DNA of 63,835 nucleotides, counting the filler, from Bigelowiella natans CCMP2755 (lineage: Eukaryota > Protista > Cercozoa), in assembly GCA_000320545.1 (NCBI GenBank). It is 9 parts of 9 records of this genome, joined end to end, with 100 filler letters (N's around TTAATTAATTAA, not from the genome) between each part and the next. Parts side by side here need not be neighbours in the genome. Positions count along the whole stretch, not along the records: positions 51,223 to 54,781 come from ADNK01001568.1; positions 54,882 to 58,551 come from ADNK01003013.1; positions 58,652 to 61,644 come from ADNK01003266.1; positions 61,745 to 63,835 come from ADNK01001393.1; 5 more parts are not named here. One strand, given 5' to 3'. Below are positions 52,788-63,835 of this stretch, piece by piece. Each line of letters opens with the position of its first letter. Position 1 is the stretch's first letter. The position numbers and the translations under genes are program-made. The notes below the pieces were generated by a model that was given only the letters and a program-made list of their open reading frames with translations, made no database searches and was not told where the DNA came from.

Positions 52788-54330
52788 TCTCTCTCTCTCT
52801 GTGTGTGTGCATCTTCGTATGTTCCACGCATTTTGCTCCATTTTGAACGCTCATCAGGTGAGGTAATTTCCCTTCGGCTACCTCGTTGATTTGTTTGGCA
52901 TGATGCTGTTTTATATCCTCAATTCAGTACTGATATCGATAGATAAATGAAGTGATTACATCATTAGGCCGCGAAGGCACTTGGAGGGGAGGAATGGGTA
53001 GTAGTAGCAGTAGTAGTAGTAGCCGCAGCAGCAGCAATGCAGTAAAGACACACAAACAGAAATATAATGAAGTAAGAGTTAACGGCCACTCACAACCAAA
53101 CAATCACCAATGATTTTAGTATATATTGCCACCGCCTTAACCTATGCTGCGAGGCAAAACATTGCAGATATTTCCGGCACAGCTATTCCGATTGCTTGTG
53201 CCTCTCCCCTAAGCAGCATTAAATGACTAGTTGCTTTGCATGCTCACGCTAAAAGGTCTATGCAGTGATGAAGAAGAACAAGAAAGTCGTCCTTCCTTTT
53301 CCTAGGGACCAGGAGCTAACGTAGTGATAACATGAATAGATAATAATGTGTGTTGTGTGTGTTGTGTGTGTTGTGTGTGTGAGTAATGCATGTGGTAGCA
53401 GCTGTTACATTCTTTCTAAATCCCAACTACAATGGATCAAAATTCAACACACTCCTCTTCCTTCTCCTCCTCTTCTATTCGTCTTCTTCTTGTTTTTCTT
53501 CTTCCTCTCCTTCTTCCTCCACTTCTTCTTCGTTCGTTTTCGTAGGGAATCAAACCTCATTGACTTTGCAAAGAAGGCCATTGTAACTATCAACATATCG
53601 TCTATCATTCTTTCACTAAACACACACACACACACACGCACAATTATGCGTGTACTTACCCGCGTGTGCTCTCCTGTTTGCTGTTACCTCTGCCAAGGCC
53701 CCCCCCCTCACTTTGGATTATACCTTTGAAAAACGACTTCCTCTAGAAAAATCCAAAATACCAGTTGCGAAGGTGCCTTCTCTTAGAGCCGCTTTTACGA
53801 CGATGATGATGATGATGATGATGGTGATGGTGGTGATAGTGATAGTGATAATAATGATAATGGTGATGATAGTAACGATGATGACCTTTGCTATGCATAA
53901 TCACATACGTGCATGTTTTCGAGCGACTGCTGCTGAGGGCCTTATCGGTAGTAGTATCTGGTGTTACTCTATTATGAACGTCTCCATCAAATAGATATAA
54001 TTGACTCCTCCCTCTCCCACTCCCCCTCGTCCAATTAAGATATACGTGAAAGAGACGATGAAGAACAACGACCCATTTCTGAGCATTATCAAGTAAGATA
54101 ATAATGAAGAGGAAGAAGAAGAAATCACCGAAGGATTACAACCTTTGGAGATAAGAAACGAAGAGAATGTGATGACATTTGAAAGACAGTAGATATCCAA
54201 TGGCCGCAGTGATAGGAAGAACTCTGCACGGTGCGGATGATGAGTCAGCCACCAAACATATTATAACAACCTGTAGGAGAGTCTCGAAGAAGTTCCAGGG
54301 AAGGATTGCGACCCTTGTTTGTTCTGTAAG
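51789..54330 (+). CDS. Multi-exon coding fragments, possibly the N-terminal part of the downstream P450 gene
   Basis: AG/GT-bounded blocks AEFTEVEAKSGKKSSQFIKKLER, ETLAMRKASMQFRDAAFMQLSDKK, IYVKETMKNNDPFLSIIK and YPMAAVIGRTLH; same strand as the P450 across a gap. Confidence 0.4.
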
Positions 54331-54393
54331 TGGCCATGCCGACGTTGATGATGATGATGATGATGATGACATTTGAGATATATCCCTAACACA

Positions 54394-54433
<40 letters not shown>

Positions 54434-54477
54434 GACGTACATATATGCTCCCCGATTTAAATATATGCATATATGCG

Positions 54478-54514
<37 letters not shown>

Positions 54515-55330
54515 TATATATATGCGATGTATAATGTTTGGTTGCAAACCTCCTGCGAGTATGATGTTGCTGCTGGCTGCTCGCTCACACCTGATGATAC
54601 ACGTTCCTTCCTTCCCCCCCCCCACCGTGTGTGTGTGAGAGAGCGAGAGAGAGGGTGTGGGGTAAAGATAGAGATACGGAGGGGGGGGTACACGGACAGA
54701 AAAAACAGGGAGAGAGCTCTCTCTTTTTTTTTTATTAGGGAGAGGTCTCCCTGTAGTTTGCGCGGGTGGGGGGGGGGACACNNNNNNNNNNNNNNNNNNN
54801 NNNNNNNNNNNNNNNNNNNNNNNNNTTAATTAATTAANNNNNNNNNNNNNNNNNNNNNNNNNNNNNNNNNNNNNNNNNNNNCGATGTGTGTTATATCACA
54901 GGATTCACAGTACGATATGTCTTACTCTCTCGTCCAAAAAGTACGTGAAATAAGCTACGATGACTAGAATTGTCGATTGATCATTTTCAGTAGTAGCAGC
55001 AGCAGCAACAACAACGACAACAACAACAACAACAACAACAGTGTATGGTCATCGGGGTTGTTCTTTCTATCTTTTTATCATGTTATCATGAGTGTCGGGG
55101 TTGGTGTTACGAATTCGTAGCAGTAGTAGTAGTAGAGAAGTTGTTGTTGTTCTTGTTGTTTTGGTATGTCTAGTTATCTGCTGCTATAGTCGATCAGCCT
55201 GATATTAGTTTCACGTTGGATTATATATTGTATCATTAATTGTTACTTTATGACATTACTCTTCATCTCTCATTTGTACTACCTGATGGCTGACTGCCAT
55301 ATTATTACATTTTATATGTATAAATATATA

Positions 55331-55414
<84 letters not shown>

Positions 55415-55860
55415 GTCTCCTCGGAACAGGCCAATTGACAGGACAAACGTTCAATCGCATTATGGACGCGCCTCAGTCCCAAATCCCGCTGTACAAAAAA
55501 GATAAGCTTCGGTATCTCAAGGAGAGTGCTCGATTGCAACCTCCTGTGACATCTGTTACGCATACCGTCGCAGAAGACAAGAAGGTTAGTATGGGAAATG
55601 GATTGGAACCAGTTGCGGTAGCAAAGGGAACAACGGTGCAGGTCATCATAGCCACTGCAAATAGCGATCCAGCCGTGTTTGGAGGCAAATACAGAAGCAA
55701 GAAGTAAGCAGTGCGTGTTCAGTGAATCGATTATGTGCAAAGAAGAAGAATGTGATGATGATAGACAACTTGATTTAATGGGTTGTAGTTGGTTACTCCT
55801 ATGGGTATTATTATACATCGTTCTTCCTCGTCTGTTCTGTTGTTTCTAAATTACGTTCGC

Positions 55861-55895
<35 letters not shown>

Positions 55896-56257
55896 CATAC
55901 ATCGTCACTACATTCGCCACCAGCCTTTTGATTGCCCAAAAATTCCATAACTATTCGCAGGTATGCCGAGACGTTTGACCCATCCCGTGAAAACCTGGAC
56001 AAGATAGTGTCGTGGAATGGGGTTGAAATGAGCGTACAGTCTCGAGAAGGCCCTCGTTGGTGTCTAGGCCATGACTTATCTCTAGATGTTGCTACTAAGA
56101 TACTTGACTATATACTCCCCACCGAGGAAGAGGCTGCTGCTGCTGCTGCAGCAGCAGCGATGGAGTCTGATAAAGCAATAGTAGAGGCGGAACAGTTTGG
56201 TGAAGATTATCACGAACTTAAGCAGGTTACTGGTAAGTTGCCATTACTCGCCATGGT

Positions 56258-56290
<33 letters not shown>

Positions 56291-56681
56291 GTCATTTCTC
56301 TCATCCTCACCATTATAATGAGCCCCTTTAGTTGTATAAAAGCTATTAGTCACAATGCTTGTACGTTCTTGTCGTTAACCTCCACTTCCTCTCCACCCCT
56401 TCTTTCCCCTTCCTTCCTTGTTCTTTACTCTACTACCAGGGTTTTTTAGCCTATGCGTATTTGTTATTGCACTCCTTTTCATCATATGCACTACTGGAGG
56501 ACCTGTCGCGACGAGCTTTGCACATATCGTGATTGCCATGATTTTGCAGCAAGTGGGGTTGATCCTCGATGTGTCGTGGATTGGCTACATCTTTAAGTTG
56601 TATGAGGCAGGGGCAATGTACATCCTACGCAACGAATTCAAACGCAGATCAGACAGAAAGGTCAGTTGGTTTCATCATCCT

Positions 56682-56716
<35 letters not shown>

Positions 56717-57157
56717 TAAATTATTGTAACAACAACACTTGAATGTTCACCGGCTGTTTATATATGCTACCCATATACTACGCACAAGAGATATTGGTTG
56801 TGGTAATTATCTTATGATGGGGCTCACAGTGCTCGAGGAATAATGTGTGTGTGTGTGTGTGTGTGCGTGCTGCTGCTGCTGGTGTTTCTAGGGTCCGAGG
56901 TTATGCATAGATTTCATCAACATTCTGATCCGTATTGGTTTACCGATGAGTCTTGTGGGAGCCTTATACTTTCAGTTTGGAGATGACTTTCCGCTTTACA
57001 CGGCAATCATTACGGTAGGAACAATAGTGGTAGTAGTAGCAGCAGCAGTTACATTGATTGGAAGCTTACTGGTGATTCATTTCCTCCATCTCCTCTTTCA
57101 TAGACTCAATATAAACACACATACACTCCCCCAACCACTCTCTCGCTTTTTCTCTTG

Positions 57158-57229
<72 letters not shown>

Positions 57230-58299
57230 GGGGAAGGGGAACTAATTCGAGATAGTGCTATATGCGCCATGATGAAAAGATGTGGAGGCTGCTAATTTCC
57301 ATTCTTGTCATATTCTTCTTTTGTGTGATCATGGTCTCTTACCATCTCATTATCATGATCATTGCTAAGTTAATTACAATCGTACTCATTAGATTCTACT
57401 TGCACCTGCACGGGTGAGGTTGATTTGGTCCTTCGCACAGCATTGGGGAAAGAATGGCTGGCTGGTTTGACAACAAACACCGTGGCCCATCATTTTGTTG
57501 ATATTAGAATCAATAGCATACATGATTACTAGATGATGCTCAATCATCATACTGCTCAAAAGTACTTTGTTCATCTCCCTCTCCTCCTCCTCTCTCTAAT
57601 CAGCTCTCAGAATTTCTCGGACTTGGCGTTGTCATTGTGATGTTTACTCCTGTGCTAAAATTGGCATGCGAAGCTGCTGGAATCAAGGTGTTTTTTTAAA
57701 TTTATGATTAAGAAGGAAGTTATGATGGTGGTGGTGGTGGTGGTGGTAATAATACTGGTAGTAATGGCAGTGATCTCACGGTTTTGTTGGTATGAATTAC
57801 CCATCTTGTTCTTCATCAGGAGGCAATAGTAACACCTGCTACATTGATTTTCAATAGTATCATCGGTATATTATGTAGTAGTAGTTGTTGATAATATGAG
57901 AAGAGGAGGAGATGATAGTGGTGGTGATAATGATGCTTATAGCGGTCATGACGATTATGCTGGTGGTCATAAGAGTTATATGAAATGGAAGTGTTTGTTT
58001 TTCCCGTTTATTACAGTTAAACAACAGAGTACTCATTCTTCTTCTTCCCCATTCTTCTCATCATCGTCGTCATCATCATCGTCATTATCATTTTGCATCT
58101 CATCAGGTTTACCGCTGGTAGTAACAGTGATCAGCCATCTAGACAACCCAACGCCGGAGAGCATTGCCGATGAAGAAGGGTACTTAATCATTGATCCATT
58201 CGTCATCACTTCTTCTTCATGGTCGTCATCGTCGTTGCCATCTTTCCTACTGGTGGCAGGATGATGATGATGTTTGTTTATGTGTCACCTCATCATATT

Positions 58300-58357
<58 letters not shown>

Positions 58358-58440
58358 TGGTGAATAAAAGCCGCGAAGGGGAGCGAATTGAAGTCACAGC
58401 AGAGCACAAGGAAAAAGCACGTTCCTATGCCAAGGAGAAG
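55415..58440 (+). CDS. Cytochrome P450 C-terminal half (CYP74-clan-like heme loop) continuing into a multi-transmembrane domain; partial at both ends
   Basis: K-helix KESARLQPPV, ATANSDPAVF, FDPSRE and heme region VSWNGVEMSVQSREGPRWCLGHD. I saw no stop before the downstream hydrophobic exons (56459-58160). Confidence 0.8.
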
Positions 58441-58779
58441 GTGGTGATGTAGGATGTTATTGTAGATGTTGATGATGTTCTCTGTAAGGAAGATGATTTA
58501 CACTTTTATTATTTATCCTCCTCTTTTTCTCCACAAAGACTGCTTACTACGNNNNNNNNNNNNNNNNNNNNNNNNNNNNNNNNNNNNNNNNNNNNTTAAT
58601 TAATTAANNNNNNNNNNNNNNNNNNNNNNNNNNNNNNNNNNNNNNNNNNNNAGGGCTTTACCTGTGTTGCTGGTGAATGATTCTTGTAGTCACAGTATTG
58701 TATAGCTCTAATTCTAGCGTGCGGCTTTTGCTCTATGCTCTTGTTCTTCTTCCACAAAGCTTTCAAGATAGCGGACAGG

Positions 58780-59366
58780 CTGAAGCCCGATCTGCTACAG
58801 GTGGTGGAGAGCTGTGTGCGCCCTTCCTCGTCCTTCCGCGACAGTGCCATAGACTCTCATCCCTTGGCTGCTGCGATGGCAAAAAGCAGCTGTTTCCCCA
58901 CGCTTTCGCATTTCTGGGCCTCTTTCTGGGGAACATCGCGCGCACGCGCGCGTGTAATGAGCATGCATTGCGAGCATCTGTACGCTTGCTGCGCTACCGT
59001 GCCCCCATCTGTTTATGGTGTCGTGTACGCATCGATTTGGTCGTCACTGCTGCTGCCCCTCCCCCCCCCCCCCCATATACATTGATCTGCCAGGGGTTAA
59101 TAACGCCCAATACCTCCTCCTCACACGGAGGGGATGGCGAACTGCTTCACCCACAGGGCGAGGAGGAAGAGGAGGAAGAAGAAGAGGAGGAGGAGGACAA
59201 GGAAGGGGAGGAGTTGTTGCTGAATCTATATTATCAGCAGCAGCAGCAGCAATTGGGCCAGGAACGTCAAGCCCCCCCCTCCGCCAACTGGAAGCCGCCT
59301 TATCCCAATATTCTCATCACAGGTGAATGATGGAGAGTTCTTATTAAGGCTCGTGGCAGTCGTCGT

Positions 59367-59408
<42 letters not shown>

Positions 59409-59861
59409 TAGGCGTTTCCTGTGTGCCTGCGACGGCGGTGCTTGGTGGAGAGACACTCCCCCCTTTCCCCGAAGAAACTGTCACCATCCACAGCGTCGTG
59501 AAATCATCCTGAAGTCAGTGTGTCTTTTGTACGTTTCTTCCTGGCGGGTGAAGGCACCCCCGCGGCAGGGAAGACGACGCTGGCCCGCAGGATTAGCCTC
59601 TTGTCATCGCGGGGTGGGTTAGGAGGAGGCGTCAGTAGTGACGCTGATCGATCAGAGAAGCGCTCCTTCCCCTTCTCTCCTGCAAACGCCTCCTCCTCCT
59701 CCTCCTCCCCTCCCTCCCTTGCCTCGTCCACCCCGCTGCGGGCCGCGGTTCCGGAGAGAGGCTTCATTCATGTAGACGTTGCTGATATGATCAAGCGGTT
59801 CAACTACTCAGCAGGTGTGTGTGTACCACGACCATTACAACTACCAACACCACCACTTCCA

Positions 59862-59897
<36 letters not shown>

Positions 59898-60828
59898 TTT
59901 AGCGAATCCCGATGTGCCACTTCGATGAGGCAATCAATCCACTGTGCGCACGAGGCGGATGAGGCCAATGCTCACTTGCTTGCATGCGTGCAGGGAGAGA
60001 CGTGGATTGGGACTCGTTGGTTATGGATCAGGTAACGATAGCACGGTTGCTCAGCTGCGGCCCACGAATATAACCCACTTGTGTCTGCTTGAGGCGAGGG
60101 GGCGGGGATTGGGGAGGAGGAGGAGCTGATGGCATACGTCTGTTATTTGTGCATGTTTGGCCAAACTTCCATGCCAATATCTCCCGGATGAATGCGGGAC
60201 TGCTGCAGGCGTGCGAGGACGCGATCATTGACCAGCTCGAGCCCATCATGTGAGATGCCATTTGTTTCGTAACCGAGGGGAAGAGGAAGGCTGTAGTACA
60301 ACTTACCACTGCGAAATTGATTCTCTCCACCTCCCCTCCTGCCCCCTCTCCCCGTCCCTGTCGTTGCGCCTCCATTCCGCAGAAGCCTGGGCGGCGTGAT
60401 CATCGACTACCACACCTGCGATTTCTTCCCCGGTCATTGCCCAAAACTCACATTCGTGATGCCGCGCCATGTAGCAGCACGCTGTTTGTCTTGAAACCCT
60501 ACTGCTGCTTCGTGTGCAGTCTGCACAACGGTGTTTTGCCTCTCATCTACGTTTCTCCGGACAGAGCGTTGGTTCTCCAAGATCATCATCCTGCGCACGA
60601 ACACGTCGGCTCTGTATCCGCGACTGCAGTCGAGGTCGTGTTGTTACTCTGCGGGTTTAACTTTGGTTTTTCAATTCATGTTTGTTTTTTTAATTAATGA
60701 TATTTGTTTCCATGAGGGGGGGGGGGGGGGGGGTCTAGCCCTCTTGACGCCAAAATTCTAAGTCGGTGTCCGTGTACAACGAAGAAATGTTTCAGCGTTT
60801 CTTGCTTCTCCCTTTCCTCTCTTTCCCT

Positions 60829-60872
<44 letters not shown>

Positions 60873-61546
60873 ATCGATGATCTCCTATCAGGGGCTATGC
60901 TAGTCGCAAGCTCGAAGAGAATATAGATTGCGAGATTCACGGCGTGGTGAGATTTTAACCGATGGGGAGGAAAGGCGGGGAGGGGGGGTTAAGCAACGTG
61001 TTTAAATGTATGTTCATCAGTGGAAATGCAAACAACGCTAATCCCCAAATCCCTCCCCCCTTAACATTTTATGTGTCCTTTTCGATTCTCGCTCAATCTG
61101 CTGACATTCAAGCACCAACGTTCTTTTCGCACCTAATGCGTCTTTTATGCAGGTTGCGGACATGGCCTACGATAACTATATGAACGCCACGACTACCGAG
61201 ATATACAGTAAAGAAGAGAGAAGGGAGAGTAGAAGACACGAGAAAAAGAATATGACGACGACGCGCGCTGAAACAATGGAGGGAAACTATTGCAATCTTG
61301 CAAAATTGTGCGCATATGAATAAAAAAAAAAAACAAATGAATAAATAAATAAATAAATTTGAGACCTGCGCTCGGTTTCCCCGAGTTTCGGCCTCGTGGT
61401 CAAACATTTTCAAGATTTCCATCGAGTAGCAGAGCGATTGACATCCATGCACATCCTGCCCTCCCCAATGGCGCGTAAATTGAGTTTGGGACTTCTCTCT
61501 CTCTACAGACAACGACTGGGAGGACTATAAACGGAACGTAAACTCG
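58780..61546 (+). CDS. AK6: Adenylate kinase 6 (AK6/Fap7/hCINAP) with N-terminal extension; ends lie at gaps
   Basis: PNILIT|GTPAAGKTTLA, EDAIIDQLEPIM, GGVIIDYHTCDFFP|ERWF..IIILRTNTSALYPRLQSR|GYASRKLEENIDCEI. Confidence 0.9.
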
Positions 61547-61858
61547 GTATATCATGCGCTCCTCCTCTCTCCCGTGAATCCATCGTAGACGGACATGCAG
61601 ATGTGGTGGCGGAGGGGGGGGGGTGGGGGGGAGGTAGACGAAACNNNNNNNNNNNNNNNNNNNNNNNNNNNNNNNNNNNNNNNNNNNNTTAATTAATTAA
61701 NNNNNNNNNNNNNNNNNNNNNNNNNNNNNNNNNNNNNNNNNNNNCGCAAGCCCGGTAACACGATTCGGCGCTAAAGTAATGAGCTCGAACCTCGTTCCAA
61801 ATCCCTCTGCAACCATCTCAGAAGCCAGAAGTAGACATCACAAGACCCGCTGGATTTC

Positions 61859-62077
61859 TCAAGGTCCCAAATCGTATGGATTTTGCCTCGTCTGCCATTC
61901 GACTTTCAGAATGTGAGAGTAGTGCACAGAGACTTCCGCGCAATCTATAGTCTTTCGCTTTCCGCTTTCCAGTGTGACGCCCTCCACTTCTACCAGTCCA
62001 TTCAGCTTGTCTTCAGTGCTTAGGGAAACGCGAATCTTGTACGAAAAATCGTTCACGACGGAAACCCTGCCCCCCAT
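61859..62077 (-). CDS. Short hypothetical ORF or gene fragment
   Basis: MGGRVSVVNDFSYKIRVSLSTEDKLNGLVEVEGVTLESGKRKTIDC...; protein-like composition with no recognised family; next to a gap. Confidence 0.3.
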   Translation of the reverse strand: MGGRVSVVNDFSYKIRVSLSTEDKLNGLVEVEGVTLESGKRKTIDCAEVSVHYSHILKVEWQTRQNPYDLGP

Positions 62078-62961
62078 TGTGAACGCTTTCCGATTGCTGG
62101 ATTGACGTATGAGAGTTCGGTAGTCGGCGCAACGTAACGTCGGCGTCGAACGCAATTACATGGGGTTACTACCCTGCGACATCGAATGATTTGCGAAACG
62201 ACATGAGGATTCTTTTAGCCTGGGATGCTCAGTGCAGTGCGACATCACGCAACTGGGTATCTCAAGCCTGCGACAAGGCTACTTTCAAGACGCTCGCCTT
62301 ATGTTAGCATATTTTTATGGTTTTTTGTTTTAGGGTAGAAACGCTATTGAAATTGGTGTGGAGTACGACGTAAAAGCGAGTCGCAGGCCGATTTTCCGAG
62401 GCACAAGTTTCGTGGCAATAATAATGGCGGGTGGTAGTTTCGTTTGTTCCTGCTCGAGCTCAAATCGGGCCACTGAGGATTAGGGGGGGTTTCTACAAGC
62501 CCCACACAAAAAGATGGAGGGGGGAAATCACCGAGCAATCATCCTTTGTGACGCATAGCCACCCTCCAAGCAAGGAATCAATCAATCACCAATGACTTAT
62601 TTGGGGCTCGGGGGGGCCCTTTTTGTTTTGGGGCAAGACAATGCGAGAGTCACATCATCCCCTCGGGAATTCCCTTTGATCAAAACTTTGGGGAAACGAA
62701 TTCATTTCCATTCCCAACCTGCATATTCCCCCCCCCCCCCCCCCCCCCTTCCACACGCACACAATTTTGCTGTTTCATTCACCAGCAACGAATGTTCATA
62801 ATGGCTGCCCTTGATATCCCTGAGTTGGAGAAGTCCCGCAAGATGAGGTAGGTGGTGTTGATCTCTCTTTTTTTTTTTTTTAAAAAAACGAATATACAGC
62901 ATTGGTGACGTAATATCAGCACCTATAAATTATTATATGTGTATACATATGTATGTGTGTG

Positions 62962-63002
<41 letters not shown>

Positions 63003-63193
63003 TGTGAATGTGTTCAGTATATATTTGAATACATAAATATCATAACGCCATATTCAGTGAGCACTATCTGGAAAGGACGGAAATGGTCCTCATGGAGCTC
63101 AGGTGCTGCTTTATTTGGTGTTTTAGCTGCTTTTCTGAACCCCCCCCCCCCCATGATGCACTCAGTAGGGGAACATGCGTCCACAATCGTTTT

Positions 63194-63236
<43 letters not shown>

Positions 63237-63835
63237 AGTCTTTCTTCCGCGCGCGCGCGCGTATATGTGTGTGCACACATATGGGCCTTTGTGTTTTGGC
63301 TGCCGCCCCAACCCTCTCTCTGACATTGATTCATCACGAAATTAAGTATTAAGAGAAGGGAATGCTTATTCTGAAACCGGACGTGTGCGTGGCTCCCCAT
63401 CAAGTTGTTGTTGTTGTTCTTCTTCTTCTTCTTGTTGATGATGTAGATGTTGTTCATCACAACATATGCTGCCACGATAAACATAGAAATAAAAATTACA
63501 ATTTTTCCTCCTCCCCCCCCCCCCCCCCAAAATTGGTGCATGCGAGATATATATATATATATATATATAATTAATTGATTATGCATCCGTCCGTGTGTGA
63601 GTTTGTATATTAGATCAATACTATAAATATGAATATATGCAATCAGCTATTTTCACAACACTGCACTCTTCCTTCCCCCCCCAATTGATGAAAAACAGTG
63701 GTATCCTCTACGATCGCATCTGGGGGAGACATGGCGGATGAGAATCACTGTGGAGCCCCCCGTAAGAAGAAGCACATTATGATCATATCCCCAAAAAAAA
63801 AACATGTACTGGAGGCAATCTGAAGTCCAATATTA

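Larger units (their letters stand above)
16841..63835. repeat. Dense intronic microsatellites: (TA)n, (CA/TG)n, (GA/TC)n, (CG)n, (CAT)n, (TAG)n and poly-C/G
   Basis: Present in most introns, e.g. (TA)n at 55335-55410 and compound (TA)n(TG)n(GA)n at 27196-27281. Confidence 0.95.

Noticed and set aside
17379-63574. Many ORFs with [24 protein letters not shown] or poly-M runs
   Set aside because: Translations of intronic microsatellites.

Overview
Eukaryotic nuclear DNA, most likely from a chlorarachniophyte (Bigelowiella-like): it carries green-type LHCII and chlorophyll synthase genes with signal-plus-transit-like presequences, and intron-rich genes whose introns are full of microsatellites. 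The window is 9 contigs joined by artificial 100-nt linkers (N44-TTAATTAATTAA-N44). Recognisable genes are chlG, an intronless LHCII-type gene, NAT10, an ankyrin protein, an MTR4/Ski2-like helicase, a C2H2 zinc-finger protein, a SnoaL/NTF2-like protein, GPR89, LYRM7/MZM1, a DSP-fold pseudophosphatase, a CYP74-like P450 with a C-terminal membrane domain, and AK6. Mobile DNA consists of an Academ/DUF6589-like transposase gene interrupted by a Ty1/copia element whose LTR carries a large heat-shock-element array. The most striking signal is compositional. Three sharply bounded non-genic or repeat domains (about 4316-5080, 7581-8503 and 10791-13993) have lost almost every TpA dinucleotide, apparently by TpA->TpG/CpA (A:T->G:C) change on both strands. 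The 17 TpA I found surviving there all sit in CTA or TAG context. Conserved Tyr codons read as Cys or His, and a local repeat family and the LTR termini point to TpA as the ancestral state. This looks like a targeted, repeat-associated hypermutation process running in the opposite direction to fungal RIP. All counts are by eye and no database searches were run.
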